A stretch of 64,000 bases of DNA from Nemertoderma westbladi. Taxonomy: Eukaryota > Animalia > Xenacoelomorpha. Positions 10,961 through 24,046 of this stretch are shown piece after piece (the first letter of the stretch is position 1; every line of letters begins with the position of its first letter). The position numbers and the translations under genes were made by a program. Where the stretch lies: NCBI GenBank assembly GCA_032718475.1, contig JAUCBJ010006695.1, positions 134,288 to 198,287 on the forward strand, read 5' to 3'. The notes under the pieces were generated by a model. That model saw nothing but the letters and a program-made list of their open reading frames with translations, had not been told where the DNA came from and made no database searches.

Positions 10961-12581
10961 ATCTGCTATCTGAGTTTATTAATATCAAATAAGTTTGTAT
11001 TTAGGCGAGCGGGCGTCGCTGCCTACTTTTCTTTGCCCCCGGACAGTGGGATTCTCAGCGCTGATGTACCGTCGTCGCGGTGTTTACGCCAACATGTAGC
11101 AACAGCACGACAACGATAACCGGCACAAGTCACTCCACTGTCCGTCCCAAAGGCTTGGATCCACTTAGGTTCTTTCTATAGGAGAGTTGGGCTATTTTTA
11201 CAATTGCGACTAGCTACGGTAAACATACTTTAGCAGTAACATTCACCTATAAACGCACAAATTCCACACAACTGTCAACAACTGCACACACACAGGCCAT
11301 TTGTCCGTTAGTCAGTGCCTTCCAGAATGTCACTTTATTACTGTGTATCCTTGGATACTAACAGTGTGCTATGTATTCTCTATGCTAGGCAATGGGACAA
11401 GCTTTCTATTGTTCTTTTAACTTGCTTCTAATTCTAGCGTGGGTGTTGCTATGGTGACATTATGGAATGCTAGCGGTAGAATTAGGGTAATTCTCATGCA
11501 TACAGATCTGGGATGCTATTTAATAATAATTCTTTAATTGTCAATATCCTCTCTATGCATGATTTTGTTAATTTTATCGGCTATTGACTATATGTTGGAG
11601 ATTCTCGCACTCTAATACACTCAACAGGATGAATCTCCGCTCCCATGATCTATTAATTAATGGAATTTTGGGAATGTTATAAATTGTACAAAATGACAAT
11701 TTATGAAATTCATGTAAAAATATGAATTTAAATTTATTCCCGTGAATTTTATTATTTGATGTTAAAATTGACACAATTTGATTCCAGAGCAGGTCTGGGG
11801 ACATAGGATCCTTAATTCTATGAAATTTGTCTTTTAAGAGTATCGGGAAGTGCTACGATATCTTAATCGACTAGAATTGTTAACGGATCTGAATTTTACA
11901 GATTTTAATAAATATTAAATTAATATTTAAGATGGGCACCGATTTATTCCAGAACTTGTCTGGTGACGTTAACCACTGATTCTAGAATTTGTCTTTCAAG
12001 TATATCGGTGGATGCCGCGATATCTTAATCGACTAGAATTACAGATGGTCAAAAGGTTTAACAGATTTATTTGCGTTTTACGCTACTGTTATATGGACAT
12101 CACGCTACTATATGTATTATTTAATATAAGGTAGAAGAGCAATATCGCACGAAGCAATGTCAGTGTGAAGAGGCAAGTCGTTTCCAAGGTCTACCCAGAG
12201 CTTGGTTTAGCCGAGACACGAGGATCTGAACTTTGCATTCCTAATACTCTGCCTACCGATAATACTTGAACATAGTAGTGGCTTTATTGTACTTTAAGAA
12301 GTACGGACATTTCATCTTACTGTAGTCACGTCTTTATAATATGATACGGACAGTAAGGAAAGAGAAAAATTATTTCTCGCCGTCGCACTAAATATATTAT
12401 AAGTAATTACGTACGTAATAAACACTAATATATTGCACTAATCTACTAAATAATCACTAAAATAACATTCTACTAAATAAAATTGAATAAAAACGATTAT
12501 AATAAAGTACATAATAAAGTTCACATATAAAAATATAACAAATAGATAAAATAATATAGTCATACACCCACTCCAGACGTA

Positions 12582-15500
12582 TCACGTTAGGGAGTCCCTA
12601 GATGTTTGAGGTATTAGGGAGGTGGTCGTGGGAAGAGTGTCTTGCCTTCCATAGTTCCCGGAGAGTTCTCTGTCTCTTTCCAGTAAACATAAACGACCAA
12701 CTGGGCGATTGAGTTGTTGCGTCTCAAAGATGATGCCTGGTTTCTTGAAGTTACGCCGCATGACGATGAGTTCTACTGAGCGTACTAAACCATCATCTGA
12801 AATGTGTGTCTCGATGATACGACCTGTCTGCCACCGTTTACGCGGGAGGTCTGGATCTACAATAAGCACCATATCTCCGGCGCTGACGTTTTCTTGCTGC
12901 GCAAACCACTTAGTTCGAAGTTGTAGCGTGGGCAGATAATGTTTCTCGAAATGGTCAGCGAAACGACGGGATAGCAACTGCATAAGTTGCCAAGTTCGAC
13001 GGCAGTATTCGTCTCCGTCGGCAATCTCCGATCGTGGGAGCATGGCTACGGGTTTCTTCAGTAGGAAGTGCGCGGGTGTTAGCGCTTCCAGGGAATCGGG
13101 ACTCGATGAGACTGGCATAAGCGGTCTCTCGTTGAGATAGGCAGCGATTTCCTCCATTGACGTCCGCAAAAGTTCGTCGGTGAGATACGCGCGGCATGGC
13201 ACTATAAAGTGAAATGCGGTTTTGACACTTCGAATTAATCTCTCCCAACTTCCTCCCCACCAAGGGGCGTCGGCAGCGTTGAAGGTTCAGCTAGACGCTG
13301 TTATCCTTAGCTGGTCGTCCACCTGTCTTTGGTTCCAGTCCCTCACGTAAGCCTGTATCTCGTTGTTGGCACCTATGAAGTTCGTTCCTTTATCCGATCT
13401 CATGGTATTACTCATCCCGAAGCGAGCGATCTGTCGTCGTAAACTTAAGACGAAGCTGTTAGTAGATAGATCGTTCACCATATCGAGATGGATGGCTCTA
13501 CAAGTCATGCACACGAAGATGACACACCATCTCTTGACTATAGTCCTCGCACGATATACTTCAATAGGGCCAAATAAATCTACACCAGTATTAGTAAAAG
13601 GTGGTTCATAGAAGCTTACTCGTTCCCTAGGTAATTCTGCCTCTCGCTGTGTTAAAGGCCTACTGAATGCTTTCCTACAGGGTATGCAGTTCCTAAGAAC
13701 TTGGTTCAGAGCTCTACGGGGTTTATCAAAATAATAGCGAGTTCGAATTTCGCTAAGAATTCGTTCTCTACCAGCATGGTAAAGTTTACCGTGAACGTCT
13801 ACAATCATCTTGATTTGTACTTCAAGATTTCTAATAAGTATGGGGAATTTGGTGTCAAAGGATACGGGCGCGTTGGTGAGTCTTCCTCCAACACGTATTA
13901 ACCCATCTATCATTGTGCTCGAGAATCGATCCCTTAAGCGCATCTGTGGATTTCTCAACAACAGGAAGTACTTTTCGGAATCCTCATAGCATTGCAGGAG
14001 TCTCAGTATCTGTTTATTTGTTTCTTCATACTCCTGGTGACTAATTTTCTCTTTTAGAAAACGATCAGATATCCTATATTTGGGTAAATTCTTAATAACA
14101 TGAACTTGTGCAGATGTCAATGGAGCGTGATCACTAATGGTCTTCGTCCTGGAGTAGTGATGATGAAAACATCGTCTTAAATATGTGACGGCTTTACAGA
14201 GCCGATTCCAGGAACTGTAATGATGCATTGCTCTCTGCAGCATGGGTGAGATTCCTTGCGAGACGTCTGGTATTCCAGATTTCCAATCTCTATCTCTAAT
14301 TTCCACAACAGACTTATTTGTGTTGAGGGATTGTGGATCCGAAACATCATTCCCGGAAGTGTGTAATACGGATAGATCGATAGTCGGTTTAAATAACTTC
14401 GATTTACTCGCCCGGGTTTTAGGTTTGACTGTCTCCGTTCCCTTGGCTTGTCTAATCTCTGCCGTAGTAAGGTGAGGAGGCCATTCATCTTCTTCCTTGC
14501 TCAGGAAGTCGGGTCCACCCAACCAATCTGGAGTATCTATCAGTTCCTGTGGAGTTGCTCCCCTGGAGGCGATATCGGCTGGATTAATTGTACCAGGGCA
14601 ATGTCTCCATTGATCTATCTTTGTGCGACTAAGAATAATAGCTACTCGGTTAGTAACAAAAACGCTAAACTGACAGACTTCATTGGTGAGATACTCCAAC
14701 ACGAGTAAAGCGTCGGTCCAATAAACCGTTTTCTCCAGTGGATAGTCGATTTGTTCCGTTACGTTCCGGCCGATGGCTGTAGCGTATAAAGCCGCCTTTA
14801 ACTCCGCTCGAGGAACCTTTAGCTTGTTGTTAATCAATGCCTTAGAGGTAACCAAGGCGACTTTGATTCCATCCGGAGTTTCGACTCGCAGATATGCTAC
14901 TATACCTATTCCCATGTCGCTGGCGTCTCCAAACACATGGAGTTGATAGGAATACGTAGGAAGAACATGGCCAAAATATGCACGGGAAATTATAAAGTTC
15001 TCGATGGCAGGTAGAGAATCTTCCCATTTCATCCATTTCTTCAACAATTCTCCCTTAAGCGGATCGTCCCATGAGTGGTTTTCAAGCCACATCTGTTGTA
15101 CTAAACTCCGAGCAATCAATATAACTGGGCTAATAAATCCCAAATGGGTCGAAATAAGTGCTCAGGATACTTAAACAAATCCGTTTGGTCCGAACTGGAT
15201 TATCTCGCTGTTTCAACTGAAAAAACAGGATGTCTCTTTCAGTGTCCCACTTCAAGCCTAGCGTCTTGGTTTCAGGAAGATCGTCCTTTATTAAGTCTAG
15301 GTCTTTCGCTCCGCGATCTTCTACCGGTATGGCTTCCAGAAACTCACGGGAGTTGCTAGTGAATTTCGTCAGTCGAAATCCACCTCTTTTCAAACACTCT
15401 ACCGTTCCTTTCGCGACAGCTATGGCTTCTTCTACTGATGGAAGGGACCTTAAATTGTCGTCCATGTATATATTGCGTTTTATGTTGTCTATCACTTCTT

Positions 15501-18500
15501 TGGAGAAGGAGTCTCAGTTGTCATTCGCAGTGGTTCGCACCATGGAGCAGGCATTGGAAGGGCTTGATATGATCCCAAAAGCCTGGATGGTCATCCAGTA
15601 CTCTACCGGTTTCTGGTTGAGGTCTCCTTCAGGCCACCACAGAAATCTCAGGCTATCTCTATCTCTATCCAGCGCCTTGACTTGTAAGAACATTCCTTCG
15701 ATATCAGAGGCGAACGCGATGGAATATTGTCTTAATCTTAATAGTATTCCCAACAAAGATTGGAGTAAGTTGGGTCCTGGTAACAACTCGGAATTGAGGG
15801 ATTGGCCCATATATAGAGCAGAGCCATCAAATACGACTCGTACTTCATGGGGTTTACCGGGTTTGGGAACGTAATGATGTGTTAAATAATACGTTCTCTC
15901 AGTCACTGGTGTTCCTTCCGGTACTCGCTCCGCGTATCCCTTTGTTATAAATTTCTTCAGCTGAGTTTGGTACATTTCTTTCGCTGAAGCATTAGCTGTA
16001 AGTCGTCGATATAATTGAGCGATTCTTTTCTCTGCCAAGGGTCTGTTATTTATAAATCTAGGTTCTCGTTTTCGAAATGGTAGGCCGATTTCATACCTAC
16101 CTTGGTCCTTTAAAAAACGTGTAGTTGTTTCCTGGATTTGCTTGGCTCTTTCTTCTTCTATCGATAGAGCCTTATCTTATGAATTGGGCTCTACCAGTTC
16201 CTGAGTAAAGAATCGTACAGCTAGTTCGTCCCGAGTTCTAGCGTTGTAGCGCTCTATCTCATCGTTTAGTTCGTCATTGTAAGCGATGGGTTCCGATGGG
16301 TGAATCAGTTGACATAGGTTCACCTGACTTTTCCAATTTTGGTTTTCTGTAAGTAGGTCGATTGTGTTCTCTTCATCGAAGAGTTGGTAGATGTCGTCAT
16401 TATCTGAGGAGTATGGTGTTCCCTCAGTTAGTTCGTCCACCTCACTGCTCTCCACTTCCCAATCGTGTACTTGGTATGTGGGTTCTTGTGGCATTCTCTC
16501 TTCGAGAGTCCTGCGGGAAGGGCCAGTAAAGTACCAACCTACTCTAGTTCTTACTGCATAGGTTTGCAGTGGCTGTGGTTGAGCAGGCCGTTTCTCCAAT
16601 GTTTCAAGCGCCTCATGCGCGTTCTGGCCGATGAGGATTTGCACTCCAGGATAATCTGTCTGGAATCGAGGTATCTCAAGATGTTGGATGCTCTCATCCT
16701 CGTCCCAATTATAAAGGTCTGCTTGAGTAGTAGCGAAGTTCTTTATAGCCACCATTTTTACCGACCTTATACCTTGTGTTCCTAACTTATCCTGGGGGGT
16801 GGACAACACACCTACATAGTAATCTGCCGTTAAGGTAGATTTCCAAACCTGCATAATTCCTGACATATTCAATTTAGTCCGGAATTTGGGTTGTCCAGCA
16901 AAGATATCCTCGGCTAATTCTTGATCGATGAATGTTCCTGTGCTGCCAGAGTCAAGGAGGGCGTTCACTATGTAACTTTTATTAAGACCATGAACTCTTA
17001 CCTGCACCACAGGAAATTCTCTGATTCCTACGTTGGAAGTTGGAGCTTTCCAAGATGGTTGTTTGGCAAAAGTAGTTGGGGGAAACTCATCGTTGGTGAC
17101 CTTTTCATAAGTAAGTGCTCGATACACTGCGGTATTGATTAGATAACAGGATTCGTTGGCGTCGGAGAATTCGTCAGTATAGAATCCTTCCATCTCAGAC
17201 TCCTGATCAGTGTCATTTACATCACTGAATTGGACATGTAGTTCGGGCTCACTTACCTGACTCTGTTTGTCTCGTTCGAACTCACTGTGTAACAAGATGT
17301 GATGTTTCGCGCCACACTTTGCACACTTTATGTCGGAGTAACAGGTTCGCCGTTGGTGTCCTGGTCTGAGGCAATTATAGCATAACCGCTTGTCCCACAC
17401 AACTGCACGTCTGTCTACAAGGGATTTCTTTAGAAATTCAGCACACGTACTCAAACGGTGGGTCCCGTCGCACAGCGCACAGTTAGGTTTTATGTTACTC
17501 ACTTTACCTTGGGTAACTTGATGCACTCTCGTTCTTTCTTCGGGTTTTCTTCGGTGCATTCTGTTAGGAGACTGAGGAGGGGTCTTGGCAACCTGTTCTC
17601 TCCTATCGTTGTTTCGAGCCTTGTATTTACTTACATCTTTTGAGGTTTTGTCGACGTAGTAAGATCGCTCAGTATCTTTCCCGCTGTCCTCTTCTTGAGA
17701 AACTTGGCTTTCGCCGTCGTCAGTGTAACACACCGGTGTTATTCTTCTCCTAGAAGCGGGTTTCTCACTTACCTTATTTTCCGATGTTTTCTCTCTGGAC
17801 TGCTTGATGAGTTGTAGTTTTACCTCACCATCTAAGAAGGACATGAGATCAGCCATGGTAGGACTTCGTCGTTGTTGTTCATTCATGTACAACACTTTCT
17901 TGTCCCAGCGTGTACATACTCCACCCTTTGGTAAAGTAGAGACTACGGCTCCAATAACCATTGAACTCTGATATTCATGAGACTTACCCAACCAGTCCAA
18001 TTGTCTACAGATCTCCTGAATTTCATCGGAAAACTCTATAATCCCGCTACTAAGGAAGTGTCGGGGGGCTACTAATTTTGCATACAAATACTTAGCTATG
18101 TTATCCTTGTTACCATACCTGATGTTTAATGTATCCCATACTTGTCTTAATCCTTCTGGATGTCCAATAAACTTTAACGCCATTAACTTGGGAGGTCCTT
18201 CCAAGCACTTGATGAGGAACCTAAGTTTCTCTCCGTTAGATAGCACAGAGTTCTGTATGCTGTCTTTGTAATATTCGTTGAAAGGTAACCATTTCATCTC
18301 ATCTCCATTGAATTTGACGATCTCTCCCACTTTGACCGCTTGGCGGGCTTCTGTTCTAGCCATCTGCCGCGTAAAGCTTTCTTGGGCCATCGTGTTATTT
18401 AATATCGAATTATCGGTATATAAATTTCTCGGATCAGTATCAGGTCTATAGGGAATATCATTAATAACAGGTCTATAATCACCCTTAATAGGGTTTGCTA

Positions 18501-20604
18501 TAGGAGTTTCTACTTCACTAGCAGTATAGATGCGTGTAGGTTCCACACCTTGCGCATGTAAGACTTCAGACCTAACAGGTTGACACAATGTTACAGGGGG
18601 TATTGGTATTCCCTTTTGTATATTGACTAATTTGTCGCGTTCTAGCGCGATACTTTGCTGCACTTCTTGCAATTCGGCCCTACTTTCCCTTACTGTTCCC
18701 TTAAGCTGGTGGACAGTCTCCTGCATCTGTCCGAGCAGGAGATTCATCCCCCGCCGTCCCTCCTCTACCCACTCAACCGCCGAAGCGGGAGTCGCCAACA
18801 TTGTAGCGGGCTGACGTGGGATGACGGGAGACAAATCTTTGATTTCTCTCTCAGCTTCCAGGACAGGAATGTTCTCATGGACTGTTCTACCGGGTACAGG
18901 CAGTGTAGTACTGTGTAAAGGGAACTTAGAGTTAAGCTCTGGAAGTACAGGGGTCTCTAGCACAGGTGTGACTTTGGGAACGACAGGCCTAATTATTTCA
19001 GGCTCATCAACTATTGTAGGGAGTCTTTTGACCTGAATAGTTTGGTATATGGGTTCCGTACTCGCTAAGTCTGTGCTAGCTAATTGTCTTCTAACAGCTG
19101 GGGGCAAATCAGGCAATTTGTGACGATGAGATGTTTTTCTACGCCTGCTTAGACGAGATCTATTTCCTCCGCCTTCAGGATCGGTGGTTTCACTTTCTTC
19201 CGAGGATGTGTATCCCTGGCGTTTGGGAGTAGATTTTCTCATCATCTGCATGTGACTAGCAGTTAACTGTTTATTTATGTTGTCTTGCGTCTCTTGCAGA
19301 TTTTCCAACTCCAGTTGGGTAGTCTGCTCAAACGCTCTCCGTTCTGCTTCTGCCACTGCTCTTTCCGCCTTTGCTTCTGCCGCCGCTGCTTTTCTTTCTA
19401 CTTCTGCTTCTGCCGTAGCCGCCGCCTTTTGTTCCTCTATCCGTCTTTTCTTTACTTTTTCTTCTTGGACTCTAGCGAGGCGGAGTTTTTCATCAAATTC
19501 TGCTTGGTTAGCAGCTAACATTTCAGCATCGATTGAATCTAACACACGCTGGGTTCCTTCACTATTGGGGGAAAGTCCAGACAGCCGTCTCCTCAATTCT
19601 TCGTCTCCTAGGAATCGCTGATAGTCGGACAGATAAATGTCTATGGCGTCTCTCGCTCGTGGTTTCTCTGAGGTCTCTTCGCCTTCCACTTGAGAAAGGG
19701 TGGCATCGGTTGGTTCTTCATAAGTTAGTCTCTCAGACAGCTGTGATTTCCACTGGTCTGTTTCTTGGATTTGGAGACCTATCCGCTGGAACTAAGTTTT
19801 GACAGCAACCTGCAGTGACGTGTCCTGTCTTCTTTTGGAAGTTTCCTCAAAAGCTGATAGGATTAGTCGAATGCGTAGGGTTCTTTCGCGTACTTGATAT
19901 AGCAGTTCTTCCTGCTCTTGAGGTCCTTGGGGTTGTCGAAACAGTTGTTCTTCTAATCTCTCTAAGGAGCCGAAGAATCCCTGCACATATCCTGCTGCCG
20001 ACCTCTTCCAAACAGCTGGATCCATCGTATCTTTTGCCACTCCCATCCTGTGTATATCTTCCCAAGTAGCCTCGGACAGATCCAACGGGAGTCCGGGTCC
20101 GGGAAAGTTCCATTGTGACTCGACAATAGACATCAATTCTTCCCTGGCGTATCCCGCATAATTATCTTGGGTCGCTCGCTTATTTCTCGCCCAATCTGCT
20201 TGATGTTCCTCCACCGCAATCAATATAGTTGTTAGCACTGCGGCAGGAAGGGTGAGAAGGGGGTCCGAGTAGGCTTTAGACGTCATCTGCAATCCACGTT
20301 CGGGGGTCAGTTCGACAGTATCCGAACTACTGGAGCTATCTGATCGCTGGGAACAAGTTTCTTGACTAGGCTGTTGCTGCTGTGGGACAGCTGCTTCCTG
20401 GTTCCGTTTGACTTGAGCCCGAGTGCCGATGATGGACCTACGGTGTTGGATTAGCTTAGGGTCCGATATCACTACTGGAGGGATGACTTTTCTTTCAGTA
20501 GGAGGTGAGCTGAACTCCTTTCTTAATCGCTCAACACTCCTATCTGTGTCACAGATGGTTGTATCGATTAGGCTGTCTGACAGGGTTTGCTGAGTGTCAG
20601 ACAT
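12582..20604 (-). pseudogene. Element A gag-pol polyprotein, disrupted
   Basis: Gag IVKFNGDEMKW, CALCDGTHRLSTC/CYNCLRPGHQRRTC/CAKCGAKHHILLH; protease LLDSGS; RT SDIEGMFLQV, YMDD; RNase H FGDAS, PRAEL, WTDA; integrase GVDLFGP, SDKGTNF, WERLI. In-frame stops at 19792, 16177, 15514 and 13287, frameshift near 15143. Confidence 0.95.
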
Positions 20605-21944
20605 GTTTAGCTATACAGTTGAATGCTTACTGCTATAGTTACAGTTAAAGCAAGTCTGGTAATTCAGTATGACCGTTGGCCTAGTACCGGTAATTTATTG
20701 CAGTATATTAGAATACCGGTATGCGCTTATAATATATATATAAGTATTGTAAACTAGGTTTGTCACAGAGTACCGGTATATAATTTTAGCACAAATATAT
20801 ATAAATATATAATAGGCCTATCGTGAATACCGGTATACAGCTTACACTTATAGTATATATAAGTATAATTATGAACTAGAATTATTACAGAATACCGGTA
20901 TGATTTCAGCTCAAATTTATAGAAATAAATATAATAAGCCTATGATAAATACCGGTATGTCAATTATTTTAGAATAATTGATTTTCTGAATATTTAGGGT
21001 TACTTGGTTACTTCAACTTACCTTATTACCGTTATTTAAGCAGTAGTCCAACTGAATTTTAGACCTAGTTGTTGTATGGCAGGCCTACTATTTATAAATC
21101 GTTTGAATTGATTTATAATAGATATATACCCGTTTAAAATGGGTTTTGTCAATATCTGAAATAAATGTTATTATTTCTGGGGGTCACTACACAGAAGCTG
21201 TGCGCTCTCAGTGAAGTGCTATTTATTGGACACTAAAACTGATAATTCTAATTTACCTAAGTTACTTAATACTACAAATTACTTACGATACGGGTGAGAT
21301 TAAATCTCTAGTTAAACACAACAAAAAATTATTACGTACGAATTTTTTAGGGTAATTTTACAAGAAGTCTACAAACCAGTCTAACAAAGGGTTAGAATTC
21401 TGGTTATTACAACGGACAGGGTACTACGGTATTTGAAAATAATAAGTAGTAGTAAATACACTGCGCTGTCCAGATAGGAAAATACCACCGCCTGACGACC
21501 TATAGCCGTATCGCTATAGGTACTACGTTATGTATCACGGAGTGTTCCTACCTGGAAGTTAATTACCGCGGACTACCAGATCCAGCGTGCCTATTAACCA
21601 CTTTACAACACAAATATACTGCCTACACACTAATTACTTTCGGAAAGCACTGTACACTAAACCCTAAATTAGGTACAAGTACTGGTACAACAAATAATCA
21701 GTAGTTAAATATACTTGAACAGTTAAAAGAACCACGGCATCTGCTGGAGTGACCAGAGCACAAAGTCACCAGTCTTGTCCTACACCAAGCAGCCCGTGTA
21801 GTACCGGGGTTAATTTAACTATAACTGTATGTGTAACAAACACAATTACTGTAGGAATGAACTTGGGGACATGAATGTTGCGAATAATCGCATAAACTCT
21901 GAATAATAAATATTACGCTACCCGTACAGAATACTCAAACTAAT

Positions 21945-22425
21945 ACAAACCAAAACGCTGGCAGACTACCACCAAGCCTAAATAAACTACTGTATGTGCA
22001 GATTCCAAAACGGTTAGTTAGTATGCGTTCTAACACGGTAGTACGACTTATTCTTTAAGAGGGGATTGACCTTACAGTTATGACTGCCCCAACTTACTAA
22101 CTGGCACTTTATCAGACAAACTCTACACAAGCAGCAATCTCTTCAGACCTAATAATAGCTAGACAACAGTCCAGCCTACAAAATATCTGAGTAATAACTA
22201 TTACGGTACCTGAACAGACCACACAAACAAACACAAGCCAAAACGCTGGCAGAATACTGTCAAGCCTAAATAAACTACAGTATGTGCAGATTCCAAAATT
22301 GTTAGTTAGTATGCGTTCTAACACGGTAGTACGACTTATTCTTTAAGAGGGGATTGACCTTACAGCAATGGCTGCCCCAACTTACTAACTGGCACTCTAT
22401 CGGACAAACTCCACACACGCCGTAA
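21945..22425 (-). repeat. ~290-bp-period duplication in the 5' leader of element A
   Basis: aaaacgctggcaga...gcctaaataaactac...aagaggggattgaccttacag...ctgccccaacttactaactggcac occurs twice; also duplicated in element B (~30415-30880). Confidence 0.85.
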
Positions 22426-22754
22426 TCTCTCCAAACCCAACAACAATCTGACAACAGTCCGGCCTACAATTATCTGAACAATCTGAGCAGACTTACACGT
22501 CTTCAGCTCAATATTAACTTACATGTAAATAAAACCGACAGAAATAAGTAAAATCTCAATAAAAAACCAGGGCTGCAGTCCCTGATTAAATACTAAGACC
22601 TACCGGTATACAATAATCAAAATCGAATAATACTAATGTACTTGTACTGGAAGTACCGGTTGGGACAGTTGGGCCTACTGACCTACAGAAGTACCGGTTC
22701 AGGTTTACCGGTCGACCGGTACTTTCAACTTTATTGCTTACTGCAATAAAGTCA

Positions 22755-22765
22755 ATGACTGTTAT
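22755..22765 (-). promoter_or_regulatory. Primer-binding-site position of element A (ATAACAGTCAT), complementary to LTR site 23536-23546
   Basis: Directly abuts the 5' LTR end; no TGG; exact 11-nt complement inside the LTR. Confidence 0.8.
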
Positions 22766-24046
22766 TGTACGCGCTTTTGAAGACCTTTAGCAGTTTAACC
22801 TGCCAAAATTTATATGTCTTTTGGTTTATAAATATACTTTAGAAGAAGACAAATATTTTATACCAATAAACACAACATTAGCAGAAGCCAGCCTAGTGCG
22901 CGTCCATTCACCCGCTGGATAATCCCGGGAGACTGGATTCTGTCGGCTTAAATTATTATTGCAGTGAAGCTTACGGTATTGTATTATTCGATTGATCGTT
23001 AATAATTAATTTCTGACTAATATTATTTACTTTCGGGAAATATTAACAGTTCCTTTAGGACGTGGCGCTCTATCTAGGTAAACAGAGATATGACTTATAC
23101 TAATCACAACGGTAAGTCGGTAAGGCTTAAGATTCACGTATGAGGCGCATTCTTTAGGAAATGCTTAGTTATCAATCACAATCATGCACACTACCGGTAA
23201 CACACAATACTGCTCACTAATTTGCCGACAGTCAATGAATTTTATCATATATAAAGAGAATAGCAACGGACCAATGTAGTGCTTATCAAATAGCATTAAA
23301 TTCACTACAAACCACAATAATATAAGTCGCAATCGCTATATATAACCCGTCTCTCTAACCTGTAGTGTATCAAGAAAATTGGGAAATTTGGGTTCTTTAT
23401 ATATGTTCTCCAAATAATATTCAACCAAACACAATAGTAAACAGCAGTATAATAATGTATATTGAACCGATAATATAAAAACAGAAACCAGTTGATATGA
23501 ATTGAATTGCATTGAAGTGATAAGAATTGTTGTTGATAACAGTCATACGCTCTATAATTTTAGCCTACTAATGTTTCTTATAAAAGTATGAAACGAATTG
23601 ATTCTAGAGCCGTTGTTCCTGGCCTAGACAGCAATAACAACAAAGTATCAAGAAAAAACTGTAAGACTGAACACACTCCTTATGATCGACCGAAAAGCTA
23701 CACGTCGACAGGAAAAATCTCTCTGATTGGTTCAAGCCAAACAAAGAACCATGCGTCCAATGGCTGTTTCCATGTCAGCAACCAGCTGTTAGATGTCGTA
23801 ATATGAATCATCACGGCTAAGCTATGAAGGGTATTTGTCACATTGCAGGTTTTTTGTCTTACCATGTCCGCTAAAACACGTATATAGCAGAATGACTTTT
23901 ATGTCCGTTAAAACACCTGTAACGGTACCTTGAGGGCGAGGGGAATATTTATACAGTTAGAGAACCTTTTTAGAGTATTCCAGCGCCTGGGGGGAAACTG
24001 GATTGCGAAGCAAAGGGGCCAGTTATATCCCACAGAAGCTTTTACA
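22766..24046 (-). repeat. 5' LTR of element A
   Basis: Minus strand reads TGTAAAAGC...CGCGTACA; direct repeat of 5348-6628. Confidence 0.97.

Larger units (their letters stand above)
5348..24046 (-). mobile_element. BEL/Pao LTR retrotransposon, element A (18,699 bp)
   Basis: Two 1281-bp TG...CA LTRs, 5-bp TSD CTATT (5343-5347 and 24047-24051), Gag-PR-RT-RH-IN order with BEL-type triple Cys/His Gag motif, extra 3' ORF. Confidence 0.97.

Noticed and set aside
13287-19794. Programmed readthrough or alternative genetic code explaining the gag-pol stops
   Set aside because: All three stop types occur, some inside RT and integrase, plus a frameshift; neighbouring genes use the standard code
7863-20069. 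Antisense ORFs within element A
   Set aside because: Short shadows of the long coding frames with no independent motifs
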